Origin: Lama guanicoe
Lineage: Eukaryota
NCBI GenBank assembly: GCA_013239625.1
Contig: MU053934.1
Coordinates: forward strand, 10,370,495 to 10,390,494
Length of the DNA: 20,000 nucleotides
Direction: 5' to 3'
The notes under the pieces are model-generated. The model saw only the letters and a program-made list of their open reading frames with translations, was not told the origin of the DNA and did no database searches. Shown piece by piece: positions 1-10,300 of the stretch. A program made the position numbers and the translations under genes. Position 1 is the stretch's first letter. Each line of letters opens with the position of its first letter.

Positions 1-419
1 TCTTCTGAGACAGGAGGAAAGGGGACAGGGCACAATCACTAAAGAAATGACCCAGCCATTTAGCACCAAGGTGATGGAAAACTCAGCTCCCAATAGAGCT
101 GGAGGCCCAGGGTGGCGGGAGGTTCGCCCTCCAGTGGGCTTTGAGCTTCATTGTCCGCATTGCAACGTCCATCAGCTCTGCTGGGACGCCTGGCCCAGAG
201 TCTGTCCTCCTTCTCCGCAGAGTAAACCCAAACTTCCGCCAGGGTGGACGTGCCCCGGGCTGCAGGGAGCGCGCAGGACTCACAGCCCCTCGTGCGCTTC
301 ACCCAGTCCTCTCCGCCCCACCAGCCTCCTTTCGTCTCGGCTTCCAGAAGTGCCCGGTGTCTCAGTGGCCGACCTCGTTGGTCTGGTCAGTTCTCGCATT
401 TCCGGGCTGTGGGCTTGGG

Positions 420-522
420 CTTTGGCTCTCTCAGGCCAGACGAGCTGCTCAACAGCCCACGTGGGCGGCACCGGTGCCTGGTTTGCATTGGTCCCTCAGA
501 GTCTGTTTCACTGAGTGAATTG
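420..522 (+). mobile_element. Possible L2 LINE 3' end remnant
   Basis: GGCACCGGTGCCTGG...CTCAGAGTCTGTTTCACTGAGTGAATTGA resembles the L2 terminus (GCACAGTGCCTGGCACATAGTAGGCGCTCAATAAATATTTGTTGAATGAATGA); highly diverged. Confidence 0.4.
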
Positions 523-821
523 AGGGGAATGACCAGCTGGCCTGGCCTCCCTGTGCCCCTCACTGCGAGCACGAGACCCAGATCCTCCCCTGAGCAGGCC
601 TGGCGCCCCAGGGCCCGGGGAGGGGGCGGGGCAGGTGCTCGCACCCCCAGCACCTCCGGGGGGACCTGAGCAGGCCCGGGGCTGGCGGGGCCGGCGGCAG
701 CGGCGTGGCGCGGCGTGGCAGGAGCCGGGCTCCGCAGGATGGGGGGGTCATTAGCCAGCGTGACGTCCACGACACACCTTGAGCTGCACCCACACACTCA
801 CCGTCCCCAGCTGCTAAATAA

Positions 822-1047
822 ATAGTTCAAAAATTTGTGGATACTGACAGGCGTATGCAGAATAGATAAATAATATTATACTGTGTAGCACAGGGAAATA
901 GATACAAGATCTGGTGGTAGCTCACAGCGAAAAAGAATGTGACAATGAATATATATATGTTCATGTGTAACTGAAAAATTGTGCTTGAGACTGGAATTTG
1001 ACAACATTGTAAAATGACTATAACTCAAAAAAAAAAGGTTAAAAAAT
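822..1047 (+). mobile_element. L1 LINE 3' UTR end, 5'-truncated (camelid/cetartiodactyl type)
   Basis: AATAGATAAA...TACTGTGTAGCACAGGGAAATA...GAATATATATATG...ACAACATTGTAAAATGACTATAACTC followed by an A-rich tail; matches the reverse complement of the L1 at 19591-20000 (CTGAAAAATTGTGC, GAATTTGACA, TGTGACAATGA). Confidence 0.9.
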
Positions 1048-1503
1048 AATGAAGACTGTGCTTGTAAGCCCGGCCTCCCCCCAGCCCCCTGCGATGGGCA
1101 GGCTTTGTCTCTGTGCTCTGAGCAGCCCCTCCTGGTCCGCTGGGAGGATGTGCGCTCGGTGGCCGGGCCTTGGTGACAATGGCGCTTCCGGGAGACCAGG
1201 GCCCCCTGATGGTGGCTGGGGACAGCTCAGGGTCTCCTTGGCCTTCCCACCAGCCACGGAAGGTTCTGGACGTCCGGCGCTGGGGCTGAGAGGCTTGGCC
1301 TCCTGGGCGTCGCTCCTGCAGCCCAGCCCCGAGCCCACGGCTCGAGCTCCCGGGTGAGAACCGCTTTCTCGGGGCAGGCTGTTCTTTCGCTGGCAGCTTC
1401 CCACGGCGGCCGGGTGCCTGCCTGCACATGTGAACACACTTTACTCGGTGCTGTGTTGTCTTCCTGCAGCTTTCATTTTTTTATTCTTATTCTTTTCTTC
1501 CAG

Positions 1504-1748
1504 AGAGACGGAAGCCACTTTGAGTGAAGAAGTCATTCACTGAGGGCACGGTGTCCGTGTTTGGTATTGGAACCACCCGAAGTCAGGGATCCACAGGACT
1601 GATGCTCTCTCTGGGCGGAAACCAGGAAACGGGAATCCAGAGAACCGGGTGTCCCTGCCTCCCAGCAGGAAAGACGCAGGGTTTCAAGCGACCCAAGCGG
1701 CCCCAGTCCGGGAGCAGCGTGTCATCAGCTCCGCGCGAAGTGGCCGAG
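1504..1748 (+). other. Candidate spliced exon (non-coding or 5' UTR/start exon)
   Basis: Long pyrimidine tract TTTCATTTTTTTATTCTTATTCTTTTCTTC + CAG (1501-1503) and consensus donor GAG|GTAAGT (1748/1749); stops in all three frames near its 5' end. Confidence 0.3.
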
Positions 1749-1789
1749 GTAAGTTTCAATCCGGCGTGTTGGCCAGTGGAGGCTAGTGG

Positions 1790-2073
1790 TCCACATCGCC
1801 CCCCAGGGATCAGCTGCTGGCCGTGTGGGTTGTTCCCACACTTGGCTGTTGCGAATAAGGCTGCCATGAACACGGGAGTGCAGCTGCCTTTTTGAGACCC
1901 TGCTTTCAGTTCTTTGGGGTTTATACCCAGAACTGGGCTTGCTGGATCACATGGTGGTTCTGTTTCTAATTTTGGAGGAAGCTGTGTACTGTTCTTGACA
2001 GCGCTGCGCCCTCGAGGAGTCCCATCACAGTGCGCAGGGCTCCGCTCTCCCACGGCCCCACCTCCACCTTGTT
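1790..2073 (-). mobile_element. Old L1 (L1MB-like) fragment, ORF2 C-terminus
   Basis: Minus-strand translation LETEPPCDPASPVLGINPKELKAGSQKGSCTPVFMAALFATAK matches the L1 ORF2 C-terminal motif (IELPYDPAIPLLGIYPKELKAG..RDICTPMFIAALFTIAK). Confidence 0.9.
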
Positions 2074-2294
2074 AAAATACTGTGTTGCAAGATGCACTCC
2101 TGCAGGAGACGCTGCCCCACGTTCTGGACGGGAGGAGCCCCGCCCGTCAGGAAGGGCGCCCCGGCCTGGCTCTGTCCCCTCAGGTCTCTGAGACTCAGGG
2201 GGACTGGAGGGAAGGGCCCCTTCTGGTGCATGGCCTCCCTCGGCTGCAGCAATTCTCCAAACCAGAGCAGTCACAGGAAGGAGCCCACGGTGCC

Positions 2295-2593
2295 CGCGTG
2301 CATCTGCACGTATGTGCACACATGTCCACTTGTACCCATGTGTGTATCTGCACACACCCATGCACACGCACACACGTCTGCAGGTGCACACACATGTGAA
2401 CACGCAGGTGCCCCCGTGCATCAGCGTGTGTGCTCAGGGACACATCACACACATGTTGGCACGTGCACCTGTGTGTATCTGCATGCACAGGCACACGTGC
2501 ACAGATGCTGGTGCTCACACATGTGAGCACCTGCACACACCCACAGACGTGCTCCCCTGGATGTGTGCCTTACCGACGGTGCCCTGCACACCC
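2295..2593. repeat. CA/TG-rich low-complexity degenerate tandem repeat
   Basis: Recurring GCACAC, CACACATGTG, GCACGTGC, TGTGTATCTGCA and GCAGGTGC units; largely alternating purine-pyrimidine. Confidence 0.85.
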
Positions 2594-2673
2594 GTGTGTG
2601 TGTGTGTATGTGTGTGTATGTGTCTGTGTGTCTGTGTGTCTGTGTGTGTCTGTGTGTGTGTGTGGGGGGGGGG
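2594..2673 (+). repeat. Imperfect (TG)n microsatellite followed by a G run
   Basis: GTGTGTG... with TA/TC interruptions from 2594 to 2664, then poly-G to 2673. Confidence 0.95.
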
Positions 2674-2919
2674 CATCAGCCCTCACCTCCCCCTTCGCTC
2701 AGGGAGCTGCCGGAATGGCTGTAAGGTCTTTGTCAGTCTGGCCTCCAGGACTTGCGCAGTTTTCAACAAAAAGTGCACCTGCTTTTGGCACCTGCTGCAG
2801 GGAGTGTGGGTCTGTGTCTGCTCCGAGCGCTTCCTCTGAGGCTGTGGGCCCCTGGAGGGGACGTTGCCCAGGGAGACGCAGGCGGTGGAGGAGGCCTGCG
2901 GCTGGGAGGAGTGGGCGAC

Positions 2920-2988
2920 TTCCTTCCACCCTCCCCGCCTTCCTCCCTCCCTCTCCTTCCTGCCCTCCCTCCCTGACGTCCCTCCTCC
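2920..2988 (+). repeat. CT-rich polypyrimidine low-complexity tract
   Basis: TCCTTCCACCCTCCCCGCCTTCCTCCCTCCCTCTCCTTCCTGCCCTCCCTCCC. Confidence 0.7.
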
Positions 2989-3719
2989 CGTGGCTCCTTC
3001 CACCTTGTGCCACGACCCCGCCCGTCTCCCAGCCCGGCTCTCTCTGGGGTGCAGCCTCGTGCACGTACCCGGATCCCTATGGGGAGGACACACTCCTGAC
3101 TGCGGGCAGACACGCCCGCTCCCAGAGCAATGGGCGACCGCGGCAAGCTCTGCCCCCGCCCCCCAACCAGGGCCCCCAGGGCTCTGGAGCACAGCCAAGG
3201 GGCGGATATTCCTTCTGCGGCGGGAAGCGGGCATCACGGTAGAAACACCGAGCGGGCTTCTGAGGGCTCAGCTTTTGCAGTTTCTGCTCTGACTTATTTA
3301 GGGAACGGGACATTCTTGCTTAGGGAGTAGATTGTTTGACTCATGTCAAGACACGGTGAACGACACGGAGGCTCCTGGATGACGTAAACGCCTTTCTGAT
3401 GTTGCCTGGGCTTCTGGAGCCATTCTTGCCTGAGGAGGCTTCCTCTAAAGGGACAGATGTCCACGCGAGGGCTGGAGCACAGACACCCCGCTGGAAGCTG
3501 TTAGAAAAAAGATGTTTGTTCCCTGAACAGGCCGGGACTCACAAGACAAGAGTGAGGGTTTGAATGAGCGAGTGGTACTCTCATTCCTGGGGTCTGCATG
3601 TAAAACCCGCCAACAAAACGGATGCGTCAGATTCCTCCCCAGTTAGAGGGAACTGGTTCTTGGCTCTTGGGAAGGTGGGGGCAGGCTCTCTGCACCTCTG
3701 TCCCCAGCAGCTGACCACA

Positions 3720-3915
3720 GAGAACTTGCTGTCTGCCAAGAACTCACATGTAGTTTCTCATTTAACCTGCACAAGGCATTACCATCCTCATCTGAGAGAG
3801 GCGGGGACTGAGGCTCGGAGTCGGGGCGGGGCTTGTCCCAGGTGCAGAGATGGTCCGTGTCACAACCAGGTTATATGCTCCTTCTTGTCTGACTGCAAAG
3901 CTCAAGTTCATAAAC
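3720..3915 (-). mobile_element. MIR SINE
   Basis: CTCATTTAACCTGCACAA...CCTCATCTGAGAGAGGCGGGGACTGAGGCTCGGAG...CTTGTCCCAGGT...TGTCTGACTGCAAAGCTC follows the antisense MIR order (tail, core, tRNA-related part). Confidence 0.75.
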
Positions 3916-4028
3916 AAACGTTTATTTAGCAATTGAAATGATTTCGGTCCTTTAGGTATGCGAAGGAGAGATCTTGGAAAGAAATGAAACCCCAGAGACA
4001 TTTGTATCTAATGAAGGCACAGTCATTT

Positions 4029-4648
4029 TGTCACCGAGTCCAAAGCCATTTTGCTCGCCACACAGCAGGCTAATAAATTGGGAGACGATGTGTTGGGGCA
4101 GGAATAATGACTTTACTTGGAAAGAAGGCAGACCGAGAAGATGGGGGACTAATGCCCTGGAGAACCATCTTCCCCAAGTCAGAATTCAGGCTCCTTTTAT
4201 ACTAAAAAGGGGAGGGGGTGTGGCTGGCTATTGCAAACTTCTTGGTGTGGGAATCCTTTGTTCTTGCAGCCGTCCGCGTGGGTCAGGTCAGGATGTCCCT
4301 GTAAACCTCCAACAAGACATGTTATTCTAGGGAGGAGGGCACGGCTCAGTGGCAGAGCACATGGTCAGCACGCACAAGGCCCTGGAGGCAATCCCCAGTG
4401 CCTCCATTAAAAACATAGACAAATATTTTTCTTTGTTCTGCAACTTGGTATCACTAGATGAATGGAAAAGTGTCACACCCTTAAAGGTCAGAGCCTTGAG
4501 CGTGGGCTCGCCTGTGTATTTCAGGCTCCAGGAAACATTCTTTTACAGAAGGAGCAGAACCAGCACGTCTGAGCCCGGGACACAGAGCCCAGGGCAGAGC
4601 CAAAGGGGCAGGTCTAATACGGAGACTGACGTGTTCTTCCCCGTCACA
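4029..4648 (-). mobile_element. ERV1-type solo LTR (interrupted by a SINE)
   Basis: TGT...ACA termini (TGTCACC at 4029, GTCACA ending 4648); 4-bp flanks ATTT/GTTT (TSD with one mismatch); minus-strand TATAAAA (4201-4195) upstream of an AGTAAA poly(A)-signal variant (4117-4112); resembles laurasiatherian ERV1 LTRs. Confidence 0.8.
4329..4416 (+). mobile_element. tRNA-derived SINE (camelid Vic-1-like) nested in the LTR
   Basis: GGAGGGCACGGCTCAGTGGCAGAGCAC (A box)...CAATCCCCAGTGCCTCCATTAAAAA; degenerate TSD AGACATGTTATTCT (4315-4328) / AGACAAATATTTTTCT (4417-4432). Confidence 0.9.
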
Positions 4649-6833
4649 GTTTACTCAGTCATGGAAGGTTTTCCAGGCGTGCTCCGGCCAGGGCTGGAGC
4701 TGCGGACCAGGCCCTCCTCTCAGTGATGGGTACCAGCGTCCATTATATTCCAAATGTGAATTAAATTCAAAAAGTATTTCTCTTTTTGCCCTGGCTGCCG
4801 GTAAGCTCAGAGCTAGATTTTGACCACCTGTAAGTTCCTTTTTTTTTTTTTGCAATTTTTATTTCTTTGTTCATCTACTAATTTTGATATTTTAAAATAG
4901 CCTAAATGAAGGTGGTTCTTTGCGATGCTCAGCCCCAAGCCCTTCTCAGAAGTCCTGGATTATACACGCCCTGGATCCTTCTTACAGAGAAACAAGTAAA
5001 TTACAAGCAGTTATTCACATTCTGCTTGTTTATGGACATGGAGGGACACGCGGAGGGCCGTTGTCTGGGTGAGACGGAGCCCTGTGGATGGAGGGGGATT
5101 GTGGCCCCACGCACAGCGCCAGCCCTGCCTTCATTTTTATTCACCTCTAAATCAACACGAGAACTATCTGAAGTACCAGGAGGAAAGAAAGACTTAAAAA
5201 GACGAAGTGTATTACAGGAGAGCAATGACTTCTTGGGCCACTTGTCACTTCGAGTGGAATACGTTAACAAAGCGCGGTAATAAGACGGGCTACTAAAACA
5301 TGATTTATTGATACTTGAGACCTGCTCAAACAGGTTAATGTCAATACAATTAGCTCCTGGATGGAGGCAGTCCCCGTCGAGGGAAAGTTGGTAAAACAGC
5401 ATTAACCGCCACTGCATCAAAGACAGGGGAGGGGCTGCGAGGACCTGAACCACCAGGGAGGGAAGAGAAAGGTTCTTTCACCCCCTCGGCTCCGTGGCCC
5501 CCCCGGACCTCACCCTGAGGACCCCACAGGCTGAGTCGGGCGGCTCTAAGAAATGGTTAATTTATCTGGATGGCACGTGGCTCTGCTATTTCATGGCTGG
5601 ATGACTTCTGAGCACCTTGGGAGAGTGTCAAGCAATTGTTTTGCTGGGAAAATGGGTGGGGAAGAGAGGTGAGCCACCAGGAGCCCTCAGCAAGGCGCAG
5701 AGCTCAGGAGGCCGGCCCTGGAGGGAGCCTGGTCTCCCCTCGGTCCGGGGTGCAGCTGTGGGCTCTGGGCAGGGCCTGCGCCGGCCTGGCATGGGGGCCA
5801 CCCGGCACCTGCTGAGCCCTGGTGCCCACCTCTGCCCCAAGGGGCCACTCTTTTGGGGAGCTGGACGCAGGCTGGTTGGCCTTCCTGTCCCCTGGCTGGT
5901 TGTCAGGGTCTCTCTGTCCCTGCGAGAGCTGGACAGCCGTGGTGTCACTGTCCCCATCCGCAAAGAGGTGTTGGAAAGGGCTGGCTGCTCTCCTGGGGGA
6001 AGAGTGCACGGGATGAGAACGCAAATGGGGAGTGTGGTGACATTTCCATCTCCTGCCCCCATCCCTCTGCTCCCCAGGGGCAGCTGCTCCCACCGGGTTT
6101 TGGTTTATCTTCTGGAGTGGCCCCGCCCCGGGACGAGAGATCGGCTCTGCACCTGTCTGCTACTGTTCACCGCGTGCACACAGCATCCGGGGTCATGGGA
6201 CAGGCGCCACCGCGCCCAGACCCTGGTGACTTTCCAAATCAGAGGCTGAGCGCGTGCTCCCATGGGGACCTGTCCTTCCTGGGGCACCTCTTGGAGCTGC
6301 TGCTCAGATGGGAGGCTTGTCCCTTCTGCTGGCTTGTCCTTGGCCCAAGGGAGTCACGCGGTCAGGTCCCTTGTCATTGGGTGGGGGTGTGGCCTCTCTC
6401 CTGGAAGATTTTTGAATTGTAAGCACCAGGCTGGGGTGGGGGGAATCCTCTCAGGGAAGAGGGAGTTAATAATTAAAGACCAGAGAACATTCTAGGACAA
6501 CAGTGTGCCTAGGAGATCTTCCAGATCAGCACAGAATTGCAACTCATTTTTCTGGGACTGCTGGTATCCGTTACATGTATATAGAATGGTTTATTCTGTC
6601 TTTTTATTCTTTAAGGCATTTTGAAGTCCCAGCAGCCTGACCCCAGAGCCACACCCCTACCCACTGTGCTACCCAGCCTCCCGGAACCCCCGTTACCTTC
6701 TGAATGGGGTGCACACTCTGCAATCTAGAGATTTAATGCTTCAAAAAACCCAGCGACTCCAGGATCTAATTTTGCCAAGCCTCTGAATCAAGGTGTCTCA
6801 GCTTCTCGGAGCCTCTGTTCTGAAAAGGTTTTT

Positions 6834-7124
6834 TTATTTTGTTTTGTTTTGTTTTTTTTTATTGAAGTACAGTCAGTTTACAATGTGTCAGTTTCTGGTG
6901 CACAGCATTGTGTTTCAGTCATACACATACATGCATGTGTTTGTTTTCAGATTCTTTTTCATTGTGGGCGACTACAAGATATTGAATATAGTTCCCTGTG
7001 CCGCACAGGAGGACCTTATTGTTTATCTATTTTATACCCAGTACAGACTCACAGACATGGTAAACAAACCTATGGTTATCGGGGGAAAAGGGGGTGGGAA
7101 GGGACAAATTGGGAGTTTGAGATT
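6834..7124 (-). mobile_element. L1 3' UTR insertion with 5' inversion (6834-~7038 minus, ~7040-7124 plus)
   Basis: T-rich tail and antisense L1 end (TATTGAAGTACAGTCAGTTTACAATG...GATATTGAATATAGTTCCCTGTGC...GTTTATCTATTTTATA), then sense L1 sequence (ACAGACTCACAGACAT...AAACAAACCTATGGTTA...GGGAGTTTGAGATT); TSD TGAAAAGGTTTTT (6821-6833) / TGAAAGGGGTTTTT (7125-7138). Confidence 0.88.
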
Positions 7125-8135
7125 TGAAAGGGGTTTTTATGAGCCCAAGTCCCCAGCCGTCCATTTGGAATGTGAGCCAGAGGACCCATGATCCTGATGA
7201 CCAGACAGAGGTGCGATGGAGGTGGAGAAGCCCGGCAGGCCTCGGGTGGGCAGGGGGCACCTGTGGGCAGAGTGCCCGCCTCGCCCCCCTTGGAGGTGGG
7301 TCTCTGGGGTCTGGCGCTTGGCTGCTCTCTGTGGAAGAGGGCTGGGGGTGGGGGACGCTGGTGTCGGAGCTGCACGTCAGGTCTGGGTGGGCAGTGGAGG
7401 TGGTGTGGGCTGGCCCGGCCCTGCTGCCTGTTTGGGGGTAGCTGCGTGGTACCCCCGGCTGGGCTTGTCTTCTGGGTGATCATGGGTGTGACCCAGGGGC
7501 ATGGGAGGTCGGGATGGAAGCGGGGGGCCCTGCTGGCTGGGTCACCACAGGACCTGGCTTGTCTCAAGCTCCCTCTCCTCCACTCCCTCCCAGGGACCCC
7601 AGGCCCCTGTTCCCTCCACAGACTGACTTCCTCCCATCCCCGGGTCAGCCCTGTCTGCGATCAGTGTCCCCTCTGGGCCCGTGTCCTGGGCCCCACGGCT
7701 CAGCGTGCAGGGCACCGTTGTGGATGAAGGTTCTGCTCCTTGAAGCCCAGGGCTCAGGAGAGAGGGTCCGATTGGGCCTGCGGGGGTCGCTGCCCACCGC
7801 TCGCCCCCTCCGCCTTGCCCGCTGGAGTCGGGTGGCCTACGACTGGGGCGGAGACGGTGGGTGCCTGGCCCAGCGGCTCTTTCTCGTGCACTGGACTCTG
7901 TTGCTTGAGACCACACTTGCCAGCTCGTTCCAGGAGGACACTTCCCCGCAGAGCTCAGACTTCATTTATGAAAGCAGACGATGCCGAAGAGGGAGAGTGC
8001 GTGCACAGGACAGCCCTGCACAGGTCCGAGGCCGCGCGGGGGCGTCAGGGAGCCCGGCGCGGCGGGAGGGGCGCCTCATGAGGAAGGTGGGGGGGAGCCG
8101 GGAGACCCGCCTGGAAAGGGTACCTGGACAGGTGA

Positions 8136-8260
8136 TTTTTTTGTTGTTTCCTTTATTACTCCTTAAAGAAGTTACAGTTGATTTACAATGTGGAGTGGGT
8201 GACTCAGCCCTACATACGTGTTCTTTATCGTATTCTTTTCCTTACAGGGTACAGGGAACT
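8136..8260 (-). mobile_element. Short degenerate L1 3' end
   Basis: T-rich start then GAAGTTACAGTTGATTTACAATGT...GTGACTCAG...TATTCTTTTCC, similar to the antisense L1 terminus at 6834-6960. Confidence 0.65.
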
Positions 8261-8399
8261 CTGTTCAGTAGCTTGGGGAGGTGACTGTAACTTATGAATT
8301 TGTAGGGAAGAAGTGAGGCCGGGTCAGGAAAAAGCACAGTGATTCTGTGGCACAAGCTAACTCCTGAGGCCGGCCTGACCTCGCGTGCTTGTGCAAGAA

Positions 8400-9110
8400 C
8401 GTTCATGAAGGGAACCGCAGGGGGGCCCATGGTCCAGCCTGCCTACCTGCGAGGCCCCCGGGGCGGCCCTCCGGGTGGACCGGCCACCTGGCGGGGGGGT
8501 GCGTCCAGGCCTTGTCCTGCGATGAGGAGGCGCCATGGGCAGGTCTGGGTGGGCTCAGGACTGGGAGACGCTGGGTTTGCGGCTAGAGAGGGGATGGGGG
8601 CCACCCTGGGCCCGTGCCTGCCTGGCGTTCCCAGTGTTCCCAGCTCCTGTGTTGGGGATGGCGGGGGGCGTGGGGGGGTTCAGGCTGCAGGGCGTCGGGG
8701 TGGGATGCGGGTAGAGGCTGTGAGCAGGTCCCTGCTGCTTCGGGGCCCTGGGATGTCCCGACTCGGAGGAGGCGGGTCAGAGCCCTCGGCCTCCCTTGTG
8801 CGGGAACGCGTGCAGGTGAGCATCAGAAGCCGCAGAGGCAAGACGGCAACTCCCGCGCCGACGCCCCGGGGCGAGCGTAGCCGACTCCCCTCGCTGACGG
8901 GGGCAGCCACTCCGCGCCGTCCTTACCTCCGGGTGTGACCGGAGGCGGTTCTCTTTATGGAGTTATTTCCCTTTCGCTGAGGGTGACATTTCCTCCTGAC
9001 AGACACGCTTGTGCAGTGGAACAGCGACAGCTCACAGGGCGAGCGCCGAAGCCAGGCCAGGTTGCGCCGAGCCCGGCGTCCGCTCCTCCCACTAGCCCCA
9101 CACACCCCGC
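8400..9110. promoter_or_regulatory. CpG-rich, GC-rich segment (CpG-island-like)
   Basis: Dense CpG by eye, especially 8760-9110 (CCCGCGCCGACGCCCCGGGGCGAGCG); CpG ratio not computed. Confidence 0.4.
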
Positions 9111-9558
9111 GTTAACCAGTGAAACTGTTGTCACCCCAATTTTCAGATGAGAAAAGAAAGGTTAAAGTAAAAGAAAAGCGTGAGGAATTAGACGGCCTGC
9201 CCGGGGTTGTGAGTCCCGGTGGAGCCAGCAGGTAAATTCACACAGAATTCGGGACAAAATCCTGAATCTGGGGCGGGCATGGAGAGAACCCATCTCTGCG
9301 TAGTCCTGCCCGCTCCCAGCGGGTCCCCCCCGCCCAGCACCAGCCTCGAGTCCGAGGCCCTGGCGGGACACCTGCTGTCTTCCCAGCCCGATGATGTCAT
9401 TTGTCCATGTGTCCAGGGCAGGGACCGCCTCCAAGGGTCCCTCCAGGATCACAGGAGAATAAGTGTGAACGAGGGGTGCAGTGCAGGTTAGTGTTTGTTG
9501 TGACCACATTTCCGCTTCTCTATCTTGGAGATCACACTGCTTAAGCGATCTGAAGACA

Positions 9559-9594
9559 TTTATATATATGTATATATTATATATATATAAATAA
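9559..9594. repeat. Imperfect (TA)n microsatellite
   Basis: TTTATATATATGTATATATTATATATATATAAATAA. Confidence 0.9.
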
Positions 9595-10064
9595 GAGATG
9601 CAGGCGGACTGCTTCTCTCCCTGCCAGCTGTGCTGGCCTCTGTGGCCCTGAGTCGAGGCAGCCCTCGCCCCGGATGCTGCCAGGCAGGCGGAGCACCGAT
9701 GGCCCCGTGCTGGGAGCTGGACTCTGGTCCTGACTGGGAGGCCTAGAAGAGCCGAGCCCGCCAGGAAGAGAGCATGCACGGATGTGTGTGGGAGGACGGC
9801 CGGGAGGCTGCGTCCGCTGCCCTCTTGCCAGCACAGGGACAGTGCCCTGTGTGTGGTGGGCACTTGGCAAACAAGATGATCAGGAGAACTGCCTGGAGGC
9901 GGTGGCATCTCTGCTGGGAATCAGGAAGCTGGGTGACCTCAGCTGGTGGGGGAAGAAGGAGCAGGGAGCCAATGTGGGTCTTTGTGTCCAAGGCACAGGC
10001 CCCCCTGGGGCCCAGGTGTGGCGAGTGAAGGGGACTGGTGGGGGCCTCTGGAGAGGTGGTGTGG

Positions 10065-10300
10065 GTCCCCACCTCGGAGGGCCTTGAATGCATGGGAGAG
10101 TCCTGTCAAACACTGTTGGAAGGTCACCATTTTCGCTTTGAATGGAGAGCCTGGGGTGGCCGAGGGTTCTTGGTCAGGAAGGTCAGTCATTCAGGATGGG
10201 CGACTGGCCGCGGGTGAGGATGGATGGCGGGAGAATCTGAGGCCAGGGGACCCTGTCAGCAGCCCTGGGAAGAGGGGTGAGCTGGAAGCAGAGAGAACTG
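10065..10300 (-). mobile_element. Probable L2 LINE remnant
   Basis: GGGCCTTGAATGC...AATGGAGAGCC...GAGGGTTCTTGGTCAGGA...CTGGCCGCGGGTGAGGATGGATGG...GAGGCCAGGGGACC follows the motif order of antisense L2. Confidence 0.5.

Noticed and set aside
600..760. G-rich, CpG-rich patch as a promoter or G-quadruplex
   Set aside because: Short, with no linked exon or TSS evidence; G-runs are ubiquitous in this window.
2082..2839. Cys/His-rich ORFs resembling metal-binding proteins
   Set aside because: They are translations of the CA/TG repeat (HTHT, CVCV).
9120..9170. MIR-like CCCCAATTTTCAGATGAGAAAA
   Set aside because: Too short to call confidently.
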